From assembly GCF_041146345.1 (NCBI RefSeq), contig NW_027191413.1, forward strand, positions 2,480,001 to 2,544,000: DNA of 64,000 nt. Reading direction: 5' to 3'. Position numbers and translations under genes: made by a program. The notes under the pieces were generated by a model. That model searched no databases and had not been told where the DNA came from. It saw only the letters and a program-made list of their open reading frames with translations. Below are positions 11,835 through 25,800 of this stretch, piece by piece. The first letter of the stretch is position 1. Each line of letters begins with the position of its first letter. Source of the DNA: Neodothiora populina. Its lineage: Eukaryota.

Positions 11835-14200
11835 ATGGTTCAGTCCTCCATCTTGGGTTTCCCTCGCATGGGACGCCTCAGAGACCTGAAGAAGGCAAAC
11901 GAGGCATACTGGGGCGGCAAGCTCTCCAGAGACGAGCTCCTCGCCGAGGGCAAGAGACTCCGTCTTGCTCACTGGCAGATCCAGAAGGATGCCGGTGTCG
12001 ATGTCATTCCCAGCAACGACTTCGCTTTCTACGACCACGTTCTTGACCACATCCAGATGTTCAACGTAAGCTGCTAGCAGACCCTGATCAACGCCCCGCA
12101 TCACCCCACTGACTTTTTATTCTCCAGGCCGCACCTGAGCGTTACACCAAGCACGGTCTCGAGCCCATTGACGAGTACTTCGCCATGGGTCGTGGTCACC
12201 AGAAGGATGGCATTGATGTTCCTTCCCTCGAGATGGTCAAGTGGTTCGACTCCAACTACCACTACGTCAAGCCCACTCTCCAGGACAACCAGACTTTCAA
12301 GCTCGCTGCCAACCCCAAGCCTGTCCGCGAGTTCCTTGAGGCCAAGGAGGCCGGCATTGCCACCCGCCCTGTCCTCCTCGGTCCCGTCTCTTTCCTCGCC
12401 CTCGGAAAGGCCGACCGTGACCAGACTGTGGAGCCCATCACTCTCCTCGAGAAGCTCCTCCCCGTCTACGAGCAGCTCCTCAAGCAGCTCAAGGAGGCTG
12501 GTGCCGAGACCGTCCAGATCGACGAGCCTGTCCTTGTCTTCGACCTTCCCTCCAAGGTCAAGGATGCCTTCAAGCCCGCCTACGAGAAGCTCACCGCCGC
12601 CGCCGGTCCTCAGATCGTCCTCGCCACCTACTTCGGTGACATCGTCCACAACCTCGATGTTGTTGACGCCGCCCTGAAGAACGTTCACGCTCTTCACGTT
12701 GACCTTGTCCGTAACCCCGAGCAGCTCCAGCAGGTCATTGAGCACCTCGGCCCCAAGCAGGTCCTGTCTGCTGGTGTCGTCGATGGCCGTAACATCTGGA
12801 AGACCAACTTCAAGCGCGCCATCGAGCTCGTCGAGACTGCCGTCCAGAAGCTCGGAAAGGACCGCGTCATCGTTGCATCCTCCAGCTCCCTCCTTCACAC
12901 TCCTCACACTCTCGAGAGCGAGAAGAACCTTCCCTCAGAAGTCAGAGATTGGTTCGCCTTCGCCTCCGAGAAGGCTGTCGAGGTTGCCATCATTGCCAAG
13001 GCTGTCACCAACGGCCCTGACTCTGTCCGCGAGCAGCTCTCCGCCAACGCTCAGTCCATGCAGGCACGTGCTTCGTCTAGCCGTACCAACGACCCCAAGG
13101 TTAAGGAGAGACAATCCCAGGTTACCGCTGAGATGCACAACCGCCAGTCTGAGTTCACCACTCGTTACGCACAGCAGAAGGAGCACCTTAAGCTCCCCAT
13201 GTTCCCTACCACCACCATCGGTTCCTTCCCTCAGACCAAGGAGATCCGTATCTCGCGTAACAAGTTCGTCAAGGGCGAGATCACCGCCGAGGAGTACGAG
13301 AAGTTCATCGAGAAGGAGATCCAGGATGTTGTCAAGATCCAGGACGAGCTCAACCTCGATGTATACGTCCACGGTGAGCCTGAGCGTAACGACATGGTGC
13401 AATACTTCGGTGAGCGCCTCGAGGGTTACGTCTTCACCACCCATGCTTGGGTCCAGTCTTACGGCTCTCGTTGCGTGCGTCCTCCTATCATCGTCGGTGA
13501 CATCTCTCGTCCCGCCCCCATGACCGTCAAGGAGTCCAAGTACGCTGCCAGCATCTCCAGCAAGCCCATGAAGGGTATGCTTACTGGTCCCATCACCTGT
13601 CTCCGCTGGTCTTTCCCTCGTGACGATGTCCACCAGTCTATCCAGGCTCAGCAGCTCGCTCTCGCTCTCCGCGACGAAGTTGTTGACCTCGAGGCTGCCG
13701 GCATCTACGTCATCCAGGTTGACGAGCCCGCTCTCCGTGAGGGTCTCCCTCTCCGCTCCGGCAAGGAGCGTGAGGCTTACCTTTCCTGGGCCGTCGACAG
13801 CTTCAAGCTGTCCACCGCTGGTGTCAAGGACTCCACTCAGATCCACTCTCACTTCTGCTACTCTGAGTTCCAGGACTTCTTCCACGCCATCTCCGCCCTT
13901 GATGCCGATGTTCTCTCCATTGAGAACAGCAAGAGTGACGCCAAGTTGCTCAAGGTCTTCATCGACGAGGCTTACCCCCGTCACATCGGTCCCGGTGTCT
14001 ACGACATCCACTCTCCTCGCGTTCCCTCCGAGCAGGAGATCAAGGACCGCCTCGCAGAGATGCTCCAGTACCTCAAGCCTGAGCAGCTCTGGGTCAACCC
14101 TGACTGCGGTCTTAAGACCCGCCAGTGGAAGGAGACCAAGGAGGCGCTTACCAACATGGTCAACGCCGCCATTGCCTACCGCCAGAAGTACACCTCCTAA
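11835..14200 (+). CDS. MET6: Cobalamin-independent methionine synthase, 2 exons
   Basis: [66 protein letters not shown]. Intron 12066-12127; strongly C-ending codons suggest high expression. Confidence 0.98.
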
Positions 14201-14715
14201 GCGGTTCGCTTATGACTAATAGAGATTTTGAAGGGAGGATACTGTAACGGCGTTTTCGGCTTTACGACTTTCGCAGCACTCAACAGCTGCACATTCAACA
14301 CTATGATACCCAAAGTTTTATTCAACTAACGTGTCACGCGCATGGGATGGAGTTCAACAAAAATATGGATGAGGGTTTTGGCCCCAAAAGTAAAGACCCT
14401 CATGATCTCAACGATCGGTCTATTCCATGAAAATCTTGGGCGCGATTTTGCTACCCATTGGAATGAAATTTGATAGCTATTCGCATCGAATGAAAAAGAT
14501 TATGACTTAACATTGACCATGGAGACTTGAGTTGCGTGATCTTACGTGAAATTTGCACTGAGAACCATCTTCGTAGTCCGTTGTGCATAGTGCAATTGAA
14601 GCGGGTCGTCGTTAGGGACACCAATGCGAGAGTGAAATGTCTCGCGTACGGCTTGATACAGCACGTGTCGTGTCACCCTAAATAGACAGAGAACTCTGGT
14701 TGATACTTGTGTCTC

Positions 14716-15477
14716 TTATAGCCATGCTCTCCGACTCCATCCAGCTTTCTCGCCAGGTAGTCTGCATTCGTCGACCTCGGCTTCCGTGACGTTTGTCCAC
14801 TCATTGACAGGGATCCAGCCAATGTAAGCCCGATCGCCAAAGCCTCCGATCCAGTAGATCTCATCCACAACCAGTCTCACCCAGTGGCTCTCATGAATCC
14901 TGTTGCCAGGCAGCCATGCAGCAGCGTCCGGATGCGACTTGACGAAACAGGCTGCGAGCCCAGCCTTGGTGGCTTCAGACGCAGGAATGTCCTCCAGATG
15001 TCCAATCAGACTGTACCGCGGCAGGGCAGCAGCGCTGTGCCAGCGGCCGTCTTGAGGATGATATCGCAGGGACAGAGTGATGTTGCTTCCCGCGGCGACG
15101 TTCTTGAACGAAGTGGCGATGCCGATGGCCAGGATGGTGGGGTTGCCAGTGCTGGGCTCGCAGTCGGCGTAGTAGTCCATTAGCCCGATCGGGGCGCCAC
15201 CCAGTCCCTCGGGGCGGTTTTCTGACACATGGACGTCGTTGTCGGAAGAGGCTACCACGGATGAGCTGTCTGATGGGAAGACTGTGGACAGGGTCGCGAT
15301 GTTTTCCAGACGCAAGATGCGGCGGGCTTGCACGGCGGACTCGTGAACGGTCGGAATGCGGTAGGTAGACGGACCAGCAGGGTTGCTGAAGACATGCTGC
15401 TGCTGAGGCGTCACAAGAGAAGCCAAAGTTAGAGGCGCAAGGCCAAAGACAGTCAACACTTCGATGACAGACCGCAT
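14716..15477 (-). CDS. Secreted/vacuolar CREG-like FMN-binding split-barrel (pyridoxamine 5'-phosphate oxidase-like) protein
   Basis: Signal-peptide-like N-terminus; IPTVHESAVQARRIL, GLMDYYADC, HPDAAAWLPGN, YWIGGFGDRAYIGWIP. Confidence 0.8.
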   Translation of the reverse strand: MRSVIEVLTVFGLAPLTLASLVTPQQQHVFSNPAGPSTYRIPTVHESAVQARRILRLENIATLSTVFPSDSSSVVASSDNDVHVSENRPEGLGGAPIGLMDYYADCEPSTGNPTILAIGIATSFKNVAAGSNITLSLRYHPQDGRWHSAAALPRYSLIGHLEDIPASEATKAGLAACFVKSHPDAAAWLPGNRIHESHWVRLVVDEIYWIGGFGDRAYIGWIPVNEWTNVTEAEVDECRLPGEKAGWSRRAWL

Positions 15478-15871
15478 GTTATTTACAGCAATGAGATGAG
15501 GTGTCGAAACAGACTTGCGGTGTCGAGGGGCAGCCTTTGCATGTGTTTATAACTGAATGGAGCGGACGAGGGGAATCTTTGGCACCTGATCAAGATTGAT
15601 AAGACCCCGATAAGATAACGCGATGATTACCCGCTAAGCTCCGTCCATAGAGGTACGAGTACCTCCATACCGAGTCACAAGGGGAGAAGGAAAAAAGGAA
15701 ATCCGACATTCTCTTGGCACAGCCTCGCTTACGGCGTCTTAGCGCATTTTCACCACCCCGGGCACTGTGGGATTTGAGGTGTAGCAGCGGCAAACCTCTC
15801 TTTCGATCTTCTTCACGAGACGACGTTCAACGACAATCATCAACTTCATCAACTCCCCATAAATCGCCAAT

Positions 15872-16314
15872 ATGGGTAAGGTTCACGGATCCCTCGCTCG
15901 TGCCGGAAAGGTCAAGTCGCAGACTCCCAAGGTACGATGAAAAACCACCACCCTGGCTCTGCGCTCCTGTTTCTGCGCCACCGACTGCTTTCGCCACCTC
16001 GACACAAGACAGCAACACAGGACGCAACCACCGCAACACACCAACACACACACACACACACACACATACACATACACCGGATCATTTCGCTGATGTCGCT
16101 TGCCTACAGGTTGAGCCTCAAGAGAAGAAGAAGACCCCCAAGGGCCGCGCCAAGAAGAGAATCACATACACTCGTCGTTTCGTCAACGTCACCATGACCG
16201 GTGGCAAGAGAAAGGTTCGCGGTGATCCTCATTCAGCGCAATGCGAGCAAGTTGCATTATGCGGTAGCGATGCTGATAATATTTCATCAGATGAACCCCA
16301 ACCCTACCTCGTAA
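15872..16314 (+). CDS. RPS30: 40S ribosomal protein eS30, 3 exons
   Basis: [62 protein letters not shown]. Introns 15932-16109 and 16215-16290. Confidence 0.97.
16044..16077. repeat. (CA)n microsatellite in RPS30 intron 1
   Basis: acacacacacacacacacacacatacacatacac. Confidence 0.85.
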
Positions 16315-17026
16315 GCGAGTCCGGTTATGATCTCTCGAGTGATGGAGCAAAGATAGCGAATACGATCATCCTCCTTCGACAAGTTTGCAACAACATCCGC
16401 AATGGCGCTGGACTTCTCTCGGTTTCAGGAAGGATGATGATGAAGATTCTCGAGGACACGCAAATGCGAGATGCACGTGTCCGAGGAGGGAATATCATGT
16501 CGGAGGGGGCGAAGAATGGTGTATATCAGGAGTCATTGATAGCTTCTTTGCAAAACACGGCTACGTCTTTGAACGCAATCCTCCGTCTTCCGTGCCTCTG
16601 TGTCTCCTAACCAGGATTTTTCCACGTAGCTCGCGTTGTGTGAACCGCCCTCGATCTGTGAAATGCATGTTTTTGTGGTATGGAGCTTCTCAAGTCTCAT
16701 CCATGTATACAGGCCGATATGCCAGAAGCCCCTTTCGTATGAATCCATACAGCAGAGGCCAGCCATGTGCCGTCATTGACCTTGATGATATCCACTTGGA
16801 ATGGTCTTCCCCCTCTATGCTCGTCCATCGTCAATGCTTCTGCCTTACGGAGAATATGTCCGTGCTTTCCTTCTGCGCAGACGTCACAGCCAACCAAGTT
16901 GCATGTGCTTTGTATGGGCCATACTTGGAACCTCTACTTCGATGAAGCTGCCATCACTCACCAATACACACTTAACACATACATTGAACCAATACAATAA
17001 ATCCAAATTAAGCTTGACTAGCAAAT

Positions 17027-17729
17027 ATGGTCTTCGGCGCTCTCAAGAATCTTTTTAAGGAGGTGAGCTTATTCAGACGGGCCATCCTACTCATCCGGGC
17101 TTCATATATCGATTCCACTGTCGATTTATACATCTAGCCATTTGTTCCTATCCTGTGTATGCATGCTGAACCATTGGACAGGCAGGTGTCAAGAATGTCA
17201 TCACTCTCTTCCACGCTCCCAAGTCGCCTGCATCGATTCGTGCTCAGACCCTCCTAAAGCAAACCGCCGCAAATGCTCAGGCTACCGCGACAGAGGACCA
17301 AGCATCATCCCACGATGCCCAGTCTAAGACCGAGAGATCGGAGTTTGAGTTGGGTATGTAGCTCTACAGTTAGAGGCTGCGCACGCCCTTCAACTGCGCA
17401 AATGGTTATCACGAGATCTGACGAGCCTTCAGACGTCCAAGAGGGAGATCCAACCAGCGACCAATTGACGAACATCTTCGAGTACCTTGGCGCCGACAAG
17501 ATTGGATCCGTCGTGGAGGGAGCTTCCACCCCTAGTGAAGCGATTCGCAAAGTCAAGGCGAACGGAGATCTATTCAAACGTCCGGTGATTGTGGACTGGG
17601 GCAATGGCAGAGCTGGTATACATGGGATCAAAACACGCGGTGACCAACACATGTGCTGACATGAACACAGTTGCTGGAGACAACGAGTCCGAGATCCTCG
17701 CACTCCTCAAGAAGCCCAACAACGCGTAA
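17027..17729 (+). CDS. Thioredoxin-fold DUF1687 / Fmp46-like putative mitochondrial redox protein, 4 exons
   Basis: MVFGALKNLFKE|AGVKNVITLFHAPKSPASIRAQTLLKQ…EFEL|DVQEGDPTSDQLTNIFEYLG…FKRPVIVDWGNGRA|VAGDNESEILALLK. Canonical introns with CTGAC branch sites. Confidence 0.8.
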
Positions 17730-18455
17730 GATTGTATAAAGGTAGGCTATGCACAACTTATGGGAAAAATCAAAACAACCGACAAAAAGCATACCACGTT
17801 GTGCCTGTATAGACGACGCCGAAGCAGTCGACTACGGGTGTCTGGCCGACCTGTAACATTAAGAGCTTATCTCAGCTCGACATGATCAAACAACAGTATG
17901 AAAAACGTTATGCTCTACCCAGTGCGACTTTACGAACGGCTAGCTGCAGCACATCGCCAGCAGTGCAAACGGTAGCTTGTCTTGTCGCAAGAACATATGA
18001 TGGTGGTCACTTTTTCAGGATTCAACGTCCTAAGACAGTAACCTATAATCCTTCTTGTAGGTAGAACAGTGCACCAGACAGTCTCTCCTTTCGCATGTGA
18101 ATGCCAGCGATTAGTCCACGTGAGTAACAATTGTCTGTAACAACACGCGTTTGTGTTTCGATTCTTCCGGAACAGGCAGGCACGAGTGTTCGCATCCTCT
18201 ACTCCTCTATTTTGCCGCCACGCGCCTTCCTCCCGCTCACCAAGTTGTACTTTGCTTTCCCTCAATTACACTTACACCTTCACCTCAGTTTCTACACAAG
18301 TTAGGAGTAGTTCAATATTTCTTTGAGCTGCGATCTATTATCCGACGTAACTTTTACATTCCAGCACATCTTCATCCAAATTCATCAGCAAGCATTGATC
18401 CTGATTCTCAACTGCCTGATTGTCAGTCGCAATTGTGTGTCTATGGTAAAGGGCA

Positions 18456-21400
18456 ATGGCACAGCCAACACAGTCAGCACGTCCAGTCACTGGCAACGTT
18501 GTCAGCGTACCAGCCCCTGTCAGCGTTCCTATGGTTGGATTTCCGCCCGTCCTCATCCGTAGTGATCCCTATGCGGACCTTCGCCCCTTCATTGAGCACT
18601 TGTGGCTCACCAGACCAGCAATGTGTCTGAATCTCTACCTTGATGACTTTCCTTACAGGATGGATGGAAAACCAGCAACACAACAAGACGAAGACATCTT
18701 CATTCGCCGCTACTTCGACGCAATCACATTCCATGTTCAAGGTCCACGATTCCTCAAACAGGCACTCTACGGCATAGCCAAATTCAATCACGACCAAGCC
18801 TCAGCTTTTGCGATGGAGTGGAGAGCCAAGCACTACGTCTTTTATACTGACTCTAGTGTTCTCAATGCCATGTGTGCTGATGTCGTTGACCCCAAGATGT
18901 TCTTTACTGCCGAGGAAGCGTATGAGCGAGAACCCGCCTTCCTCCGCTGCGCTATCAATGTCATTCGCAACGACCTTCGCGCACTCAAGGAAAGTCAGAG
19001 CCAGGAAATGTCTTTCAGCTCAGCGAAAGTCATCTCCCAGCCAGCAACAATCGCCAAGTCTGCAAGGGACATTCAATCGCATATTGAAAAGGATGTTACT
19101 GCTTCGTCAACTGGCCTAGCTGAGGTATCAGCAGCGAAAGAACCAGGAACAAGCCATTCCAGTAGGCATCTGGCTCACATTTGTAAAACATCACTAACGC
19201 CGCAAAGTAGTAATTGAACCCGCGAAAGTCGAAATTCACGAAGCTTCGGGAGCTACAGCAACCACATCGTCGTGTGAACCTCCTGAGACAGAGAGCAAAC
19301 AGTCAGCCGACTCACCAGGACAAGAGAACCTGCCAAAACCTAGCGTTTTGTCAGAGTCTAGGAAATCATCACACGGATATCAGGTCGCTCAAAGAAATAG
19401 GCCAAAGGCAACTCCGGCGTCAGCAGATCCAATGCTCAAGCCGCAAGGCCCAATCTACGATGGGATTACAAGCAGCTACGCTTCGCCTGGTCTTTCTTCA
19501 GCATCTAGTTATCCATCGTTGTCGTATTATCCACCCCACTTCATGCCGCCCAAGACCGCAAGAGCAATGCCTGCGCCAAGCTACAGCGTTCCGATCTGGC
19601 AAGATGAGGGTGGAAGCAATATGCGTTATGCTAATGTCCCAGAGTACTACTACAGAGCTAACGACCCTCGACAGACCAGGGTGTCTAGCTATGACCGGAC
19701 CGCAGTGCTCAACACACCTTGGCCCAACGGACAGATAGATGCCACCAACATGGACCCCGAGTCGTTCAGCCGACTCTCCATCGACAAGTTTGACCGCGGT
19801 CAGAATCGTGCTGGAAGCAGGAGAAGCTCGGTTTATGCGACCTCGTCTGGTCATGGATCCACTCAGCTAAGAGATGAACAGTTCACAGAAACACTGCCTG
19901 ATGATACATACCAGAGACGTGTATTTTCGGACCAGCCAAGGGTTCGGCAGCCATCTTCCTCTTTTGGATCGGATCCAGGTCTGTTCAATCAGCAAGTCGG
20001 ACAAGACGCAACTGCCACCCATGGAGAAATGTCTCTTGATCCAGGTCAGGCCACGAGACTCCATCCGTTCCTTGATACCTGGATACCCCCTGATCGTAAC
20101 GACATCCGTGACTTGATCCTGACACGCGTGCCTGAGCATATCAGCCCTCGGACCGTTTTTGAGTTTCTTCAGAGATACGCCAGAGTCATGAAGGTCACAC
20201 CTTACCCGCCGAAGAGGGCAACTTCACCCTCGTACCTTTTTGTCTGGTAGGTTTCAAGAACGGTCAAGACCAGTGAAATGCAAGGAGGGAGTGCTCATGT
20301 ATTTCCCAGGTTCGAGAGCACAGATGAAGCGAGAAAGGTTCTGGCTCGTAAAGATCTAATTCTGCAAGGATGGAATGTCTTTCTCAAAGTGCCTTGGAAA
20401 CATAGCTACCAGAAAGGAGACGCCAAACTACATGGACATTGTGCACGGCCTCGCATGCAATCAGACTCACAGGACAACCTTTCACAACCATCTCACATGC
20501 CAGGTATGGTCCAAGGAGATACGCGTTTCTTGTCGCACCCGCTTGGTCATCGCAATAAATTCTTCATGGATACCCAAATTGATCGCTCACAACATAACAT
20601 CAATCCGTATGCTTACCAGTACGCCTACGGATCCAACATTACTGGTAGTCCAGGCACAACCTATGAAGCTTCTAATGATGGGATGCTGCCTGCATCAGGA
20701 GCTAGCACACCACACACAAAGAAGGGCAATAAGAAGAAATTTAAGAAAGGGAATCGAGCTGAAGCGCCTCAGGGTGCCGCAGAGACTGGTGGTCCCTGGG
20801 AGCAAACATCTGATTCCTACCGTAAGCACCAAGCAGCGTCCAGGAGTAAAGCCCTGCACTATGCTCATGGTGATTCCTCACCATACAAGCAGTCGATGGC
20901 TAAGGGATATGTTGTGCATTCGAATATGCCAACAATGGCTTCTACCCAACAACATGCCGGACCTGAGGATAGTCCAGAGTCACAGAGTGTCGCAGAAGTC
21001 TCCTCATCGATGACAATGCACACAACACTCCCGGTACATCGAACTACTTCACACGATCTCACATTGTCAGAAGGAAGTCAAACACTAGAGATACTTCGGC
21101 GGGAAGAAACACCAGCCCCGTCGCTACCTAAGAGTCCTGACGTTGTAAGTGCAGGAAGTGAAAGTGGACCCAAGTTTCCTAGTCTTGCGAAACACTTGTC
21201 TTTATCCAATGTTGACCTTGGTCAGAACAGTGTCACGGGGACAATGAACACACCTCAAAGATCTAATGCTGTGGCTTCGGAAGAGACCACACCCAAGGGA
21301 ACTGAGGATGTGGATGAAAGTTTTCAGACTGCTGCCGAGACGCCAGACTCAGTGGGCAGTACGAGGTTGCCCGAGAATCAAGCGCAACCGCTTGCAAGTC

Positions 21401-22854
21401 CCTCAGCCAACGAGACTCTAATCGATACCACTATACAAACTTCCAGCTCTATCGAGGATGCTACCGTAGCAAAGCCTGTACAGGCCCAAAGAACAGATGA
21501 TGCAGTGAAGGATTTGAACAAGTCCTTGATTACGGTCAAAAGACTAGAGTCTAAGAAAAGTCAAGCTGCATCGAAGAACTTAGAAGCCATCAAATCTGGA
21601 CCGAGCAAGACAGAATCTCTTAGTCCATTTGCGCGATCTTCACAACGTAAGAAAGATAAAGTCAAGACATTAACAGAGCATCATAAAGCGGGAAAATCTA
21701 ACGCAAGCGATGAAGCAAACTCGTCCGCAAGGCAGTCCTCGGTCAGATCTGCCGATGAGGTATACCTTACCACTATTGAAGAACCTCCAGCTCCTTCGAG
21801 CTTAATTAACACCCCAAGGCTTGGACCGCATGACATTGAGCAGCATGCAGAACCAAAGACTGCAGCTGCAAAAGGACTGCTCACAAGAATCTTAGGAAGC
21901 GCACTTTCTATAACGGCAAAAGGAGACAAATCTAGCTCTAGCACTAAGAGAGAGCAAAGTCCGGCGGCCGGAGACCTGGTCGAAGTTGAGCGGTCTACGA
22001 ATGCACAGCAGGTTGCTCCAGACCACAGCGATAAGCTAGCAGGTAGCTATCAACACGCCCAACCCACGACTTATAACGCTGTGCAGCTAGATCCTCACCT
22101 TGATTTACGAGAAGTCGTGGGTGACAGCTCTGCGATTTACGTTGATCAAACTCTTCCAGCTGACCAGCCTTGCCCAATCGACCCACAAGATGTCGTCTCA
22201 AATATTCCTGGAACAGGCACACAAGAAGTCAACACAGATACTGCGAAGAAGACCAAGAAAAAGAAGAAGAAGAGTAGTAAGCGTAAGACTGTTGCCACCG
22301 TGACAGGCAACGAAGTGGTTGATCGCCCCGTTACCACGCAGGATGAAGACGCCTCATCGACGGCGACCTTGCAGACACACACCCCCGAAGGCTCTAGATC
22401 TGGCTCAGCGGAGCCCATAGTCATCGAGTTATATGGACCTGTTGGTACCGAGCCGTCTATGCAATCTGGCCCTCATGTCATTCTGAGGAGCGAGGGCAAG
22501 AGCGCAAGTGGTAAGATACTATACACTTCGGCCTCGGCAGATCGTCCTCGAGCGAAGCATTCTCTCACGGCACTAAACTCCCTGCTCTTAGAACGAGGTG
22601 AACATAGACCTTCTGACCTTTTGAAAACGGATGGCCATCACCAAAACGAAAATGTCCAGCAATCGGTGAACAAGATGAAAGCGCTGAAGCATCATGAGCG
22701 GATCGCGAAGCTCAAAACCAAAGGCGACTGGGAAGGTCACGATGCAGAGATGCGTAGATGGGAGCAGGTGAGACATCTTTACCAGCCAAGGGCTACCGGC
22801 AATCTGTGATCTTTACTAATCGATGATCAATATCAGGAACGCGAAGATAAATGA
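18456..22854 (+). CDS. Large mostly disordered protein (~1400 aa) with one central RRM-like domain and Lys-rich NLS-like tracts, 4 exons
   Basis: ORFs 18456, 19348 and 20278 are joined in frame by introns 19162-19210, 20247-20309 and ~22768-22836. RRM-like segment DLILTRVPEHISPRTVFEFLQRYARVMKV…YLFVWFESTDEARKVL…LILQGWNVFLKVP; tract KKTKKKKKKSSKRK. Confidence 0.7.
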
Positions 22855-25800
22855 AGTTGAGTCATTGTCTTGAACATGAGACTCGCGATCGTTTCTCCAT
22901 AGGAGCAGGCATGTCTAGTGCACTGTCTACACGAGAATGGTTGAGGTTGCAAGATGTAGTGCTGTATCCCGACACTTTCAGCAGGCATACAACACACTGA
23001 ACACTCTCGCCGACCACGTACAGCATGACTCTATATACCGACCTTCGGTTACGGATCCCTGCACGACAAGAGGAAGGCAGGACATCTGATGGAAGGGCCT
23101 ATAACAGGCACTACGTTTTCCTCATATGACTAGTGCTCGTCTTGTCGAAACAGCTGGCGTCACAATGTGAAACATCGCCCAAGACGCTAGGCTTTGTGCA
23201 AAAGGAAATTGGCAAATTCGCCCATGTCTACGAAGCCGTCTATGATTCAGCAACGACTGTTATGCTATCCTGAATTAATCGTGACGAATGGGAAAAGAAG
23301 ACAATTGCTGATGGCCACGCGTTTTCTGTTACACTGAAAGCGAGGATGAAAGGATGGCCTACACTCGACGCCGATGGGACAAGTGTTCCCGAATCTCGAG
23401 GCAGTAGACATCTTATTTCGGGTCTTACAATACAATACACTAAATCATCGAGTGGAAATCCATTGCTTCGTTTCCTATGAAAAGTGGAATTCAATCCACT
23501 AGAGCCTTATCGATTTCAACGTGATTGTTCATTGCCCATATCAAGAGCTTTACTCTCTTGTGATTATCTTCCCCTCGAAGCTGGAAATAAGAATCACCAG
23601 ACCAGACCAGGCCAGGCTGGGGGCTATCTGATCATTGATTGCCCGCCCTTTCGCCGTGCTATCAATTGACATCACCTGGTCGACACAAAGAGAGAGACCA
23701 CTACACATGTTCCTTCGGGTCACCACTTGACCCTCCGGCGGACATAATATGCGCATGGAGAGATGGCTTACGCGATAAGGACGGTCGATTGGCTCACGAG
23801 GCGATTGGTATCTACACTACTTTGTATATATTGAACAATGGGATATCAAGGGAGGGTTCGGGAAGAGATGAGGGGGAAAGGAGGAGGCGAGCCAAAGATA
23901 GAGAGGGGGGAGGGAGGGGTGAAGGAGTGGAGAAGAGAGAAAACAAAAGAATAATTTAATCATTCTCTCTTCCTCGTTCCAGCCTTTGAAGCCCCATGTT
24001 TTTGTGCGCTTTAGCCCTTATCGAGAGGCTTAATCAGACGTGACAGCTTGATGTCGCCCTCTCTTGCATTTCTTCCCAGAGGTCTCTCATGATCATGGGG
24101 GAATATGGAGGAGAGTCGACCGAGAGGAGAGAGTCGCAAAGTGCATCTAGTGCTGTGGTGATGGTGATTTTTTATGAAGATGATGAGCGGCGTCAGATGG
24201 AGGGTTCGTCGTGTATCATTGCCTTGCCCGCTTAATCGCTCCGAAGCTCAACGTCGCTCTCTGATGAACGACGATATACTGGGTGAACACATGTTGCCCG
24301 AACCAAATAGAAAGGAATACCCGGTCATTTGCTTGAACCTCGTCTTGAAAATTTCCTGAGATTTGCAATTTTCGACTTTTGCCATGGTAGATTTCAGAGA
24401 ATGGAAGGGGAGACGATGTCAATACAAGCTATCCCTTCCGATCGACTTCGGAAACGGGAGGGCGATTCAATGATTGCTGTGTGACGATGGCAGACGCAAA
24501 AGCTGTCGTGGACCTCGCACCCTCCAAGGGAGCCGCAACACTGGTTTCAGTCGTATGCAATGATCGTCTCAATCACCGTTCGAAGCTTTCTGAATAAGTG
24601 CATGCTGGAGAGTGAGACAAGCTCATCTATATCGCCTTGACTTACGGTGAAGCGCACGAACGATTCCCAAACGCAGCTTCATCTCAGGGAAAATGATCCG
24701 TCGGTGAGGATCGGTGAGTACGCGCGAAGGGGTGCAGTATTAAGGGCATGATCTGCAACGGTGGGAAGAAGAGTGTGGCAATCTCGACAGGGGAAAAGAC
24801 CAGAGATCCCTTACTCGCCGGCGGTCGAGGGTGATGTACATCGATCGGATCATACTACTATCCAAGTACATTAATGATAATCAGCGCAGAGCAATTCAGC
24901 AACGAAAGCGGTCTCTGTCGTTGCATCAGAGTGGACGCAAACGTAATCATTAATCAACCACTGATGGTGATATGACCACTCCCCAGATCATGCGGTCCTC
25001 GGGGAGCCGGGGATTGTCGCGCTTGTACGTTGCCATTGAGCCGGAATCCAGGAGCCGTTTTGGTTGTTGACAATGACTGATGTCAGCCATACCAAGCATC
25101 GGTGATCTGTGTGCTGGTCTCGTTGCTACTGTATGCCCGAAGTGACCGTTCGCAAATCGTGTGTTAAACACGGAAACCAGCTGGCGAAATCTTAATGACG
25201 ATGCACCTTGTCAAGATTTCACTTCTGGCTAGTTTCCGCATTGTTGCAAAACACATGGGTGCCGAGAGGGACGAGAGGGACTGATAGGCCCGCATCTAAA
25301 CATGTCTGCGCGGCCTACATCATATGTGAGAGCTTGAGGCTTGCCAAATCTGATCTGGGGACCTTAGTAGTTCTTGGTCACCAGGACACTTTCAGGGCGC
25401 CTCTAAGGTTCGGCTTGTGTTAGTGGGCAACGCCAACAGTGTCTGCCTTGCGACTCGCCTTGCACAGGGAGCCGAGATCGTTGAACGATACAGCAAGCAT
25501 AAGTGTATCTAGATTCGTTGACAGCCCAGGTCGTGTACTCCGTACTTTCCATGACACTCTCACAAATGATGCAGTGTTTCGTAGATGATCTGTGAGGAAC
25601 CGCCGAAAATCATAGAGTAGCTCTAAATTGACCAGAGGCTGAAGCTTGGGAAGGATTCGGATCAAGGGGGAGAGGTTTCGAATCTGGAGCACTCCGTTAT
25701 CGTTCATTAGAGAGGAACCCAAGGCTACAACCACTGCGATGCTTAGCCAGAGGCTTCGTGGGCTTGGCCGGTATATACAATCATGGACCGGTCACAGCAC

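Noticed and set aside
12101..14011. Long antisense and alternate-frame ORFs over MET6 (also over RPL13, FAL1, NPY1, HpcH and CHORD)
   Set aside because: Expected shadows of strongly biased GC3-rich codon usage; no recognisable motifs.
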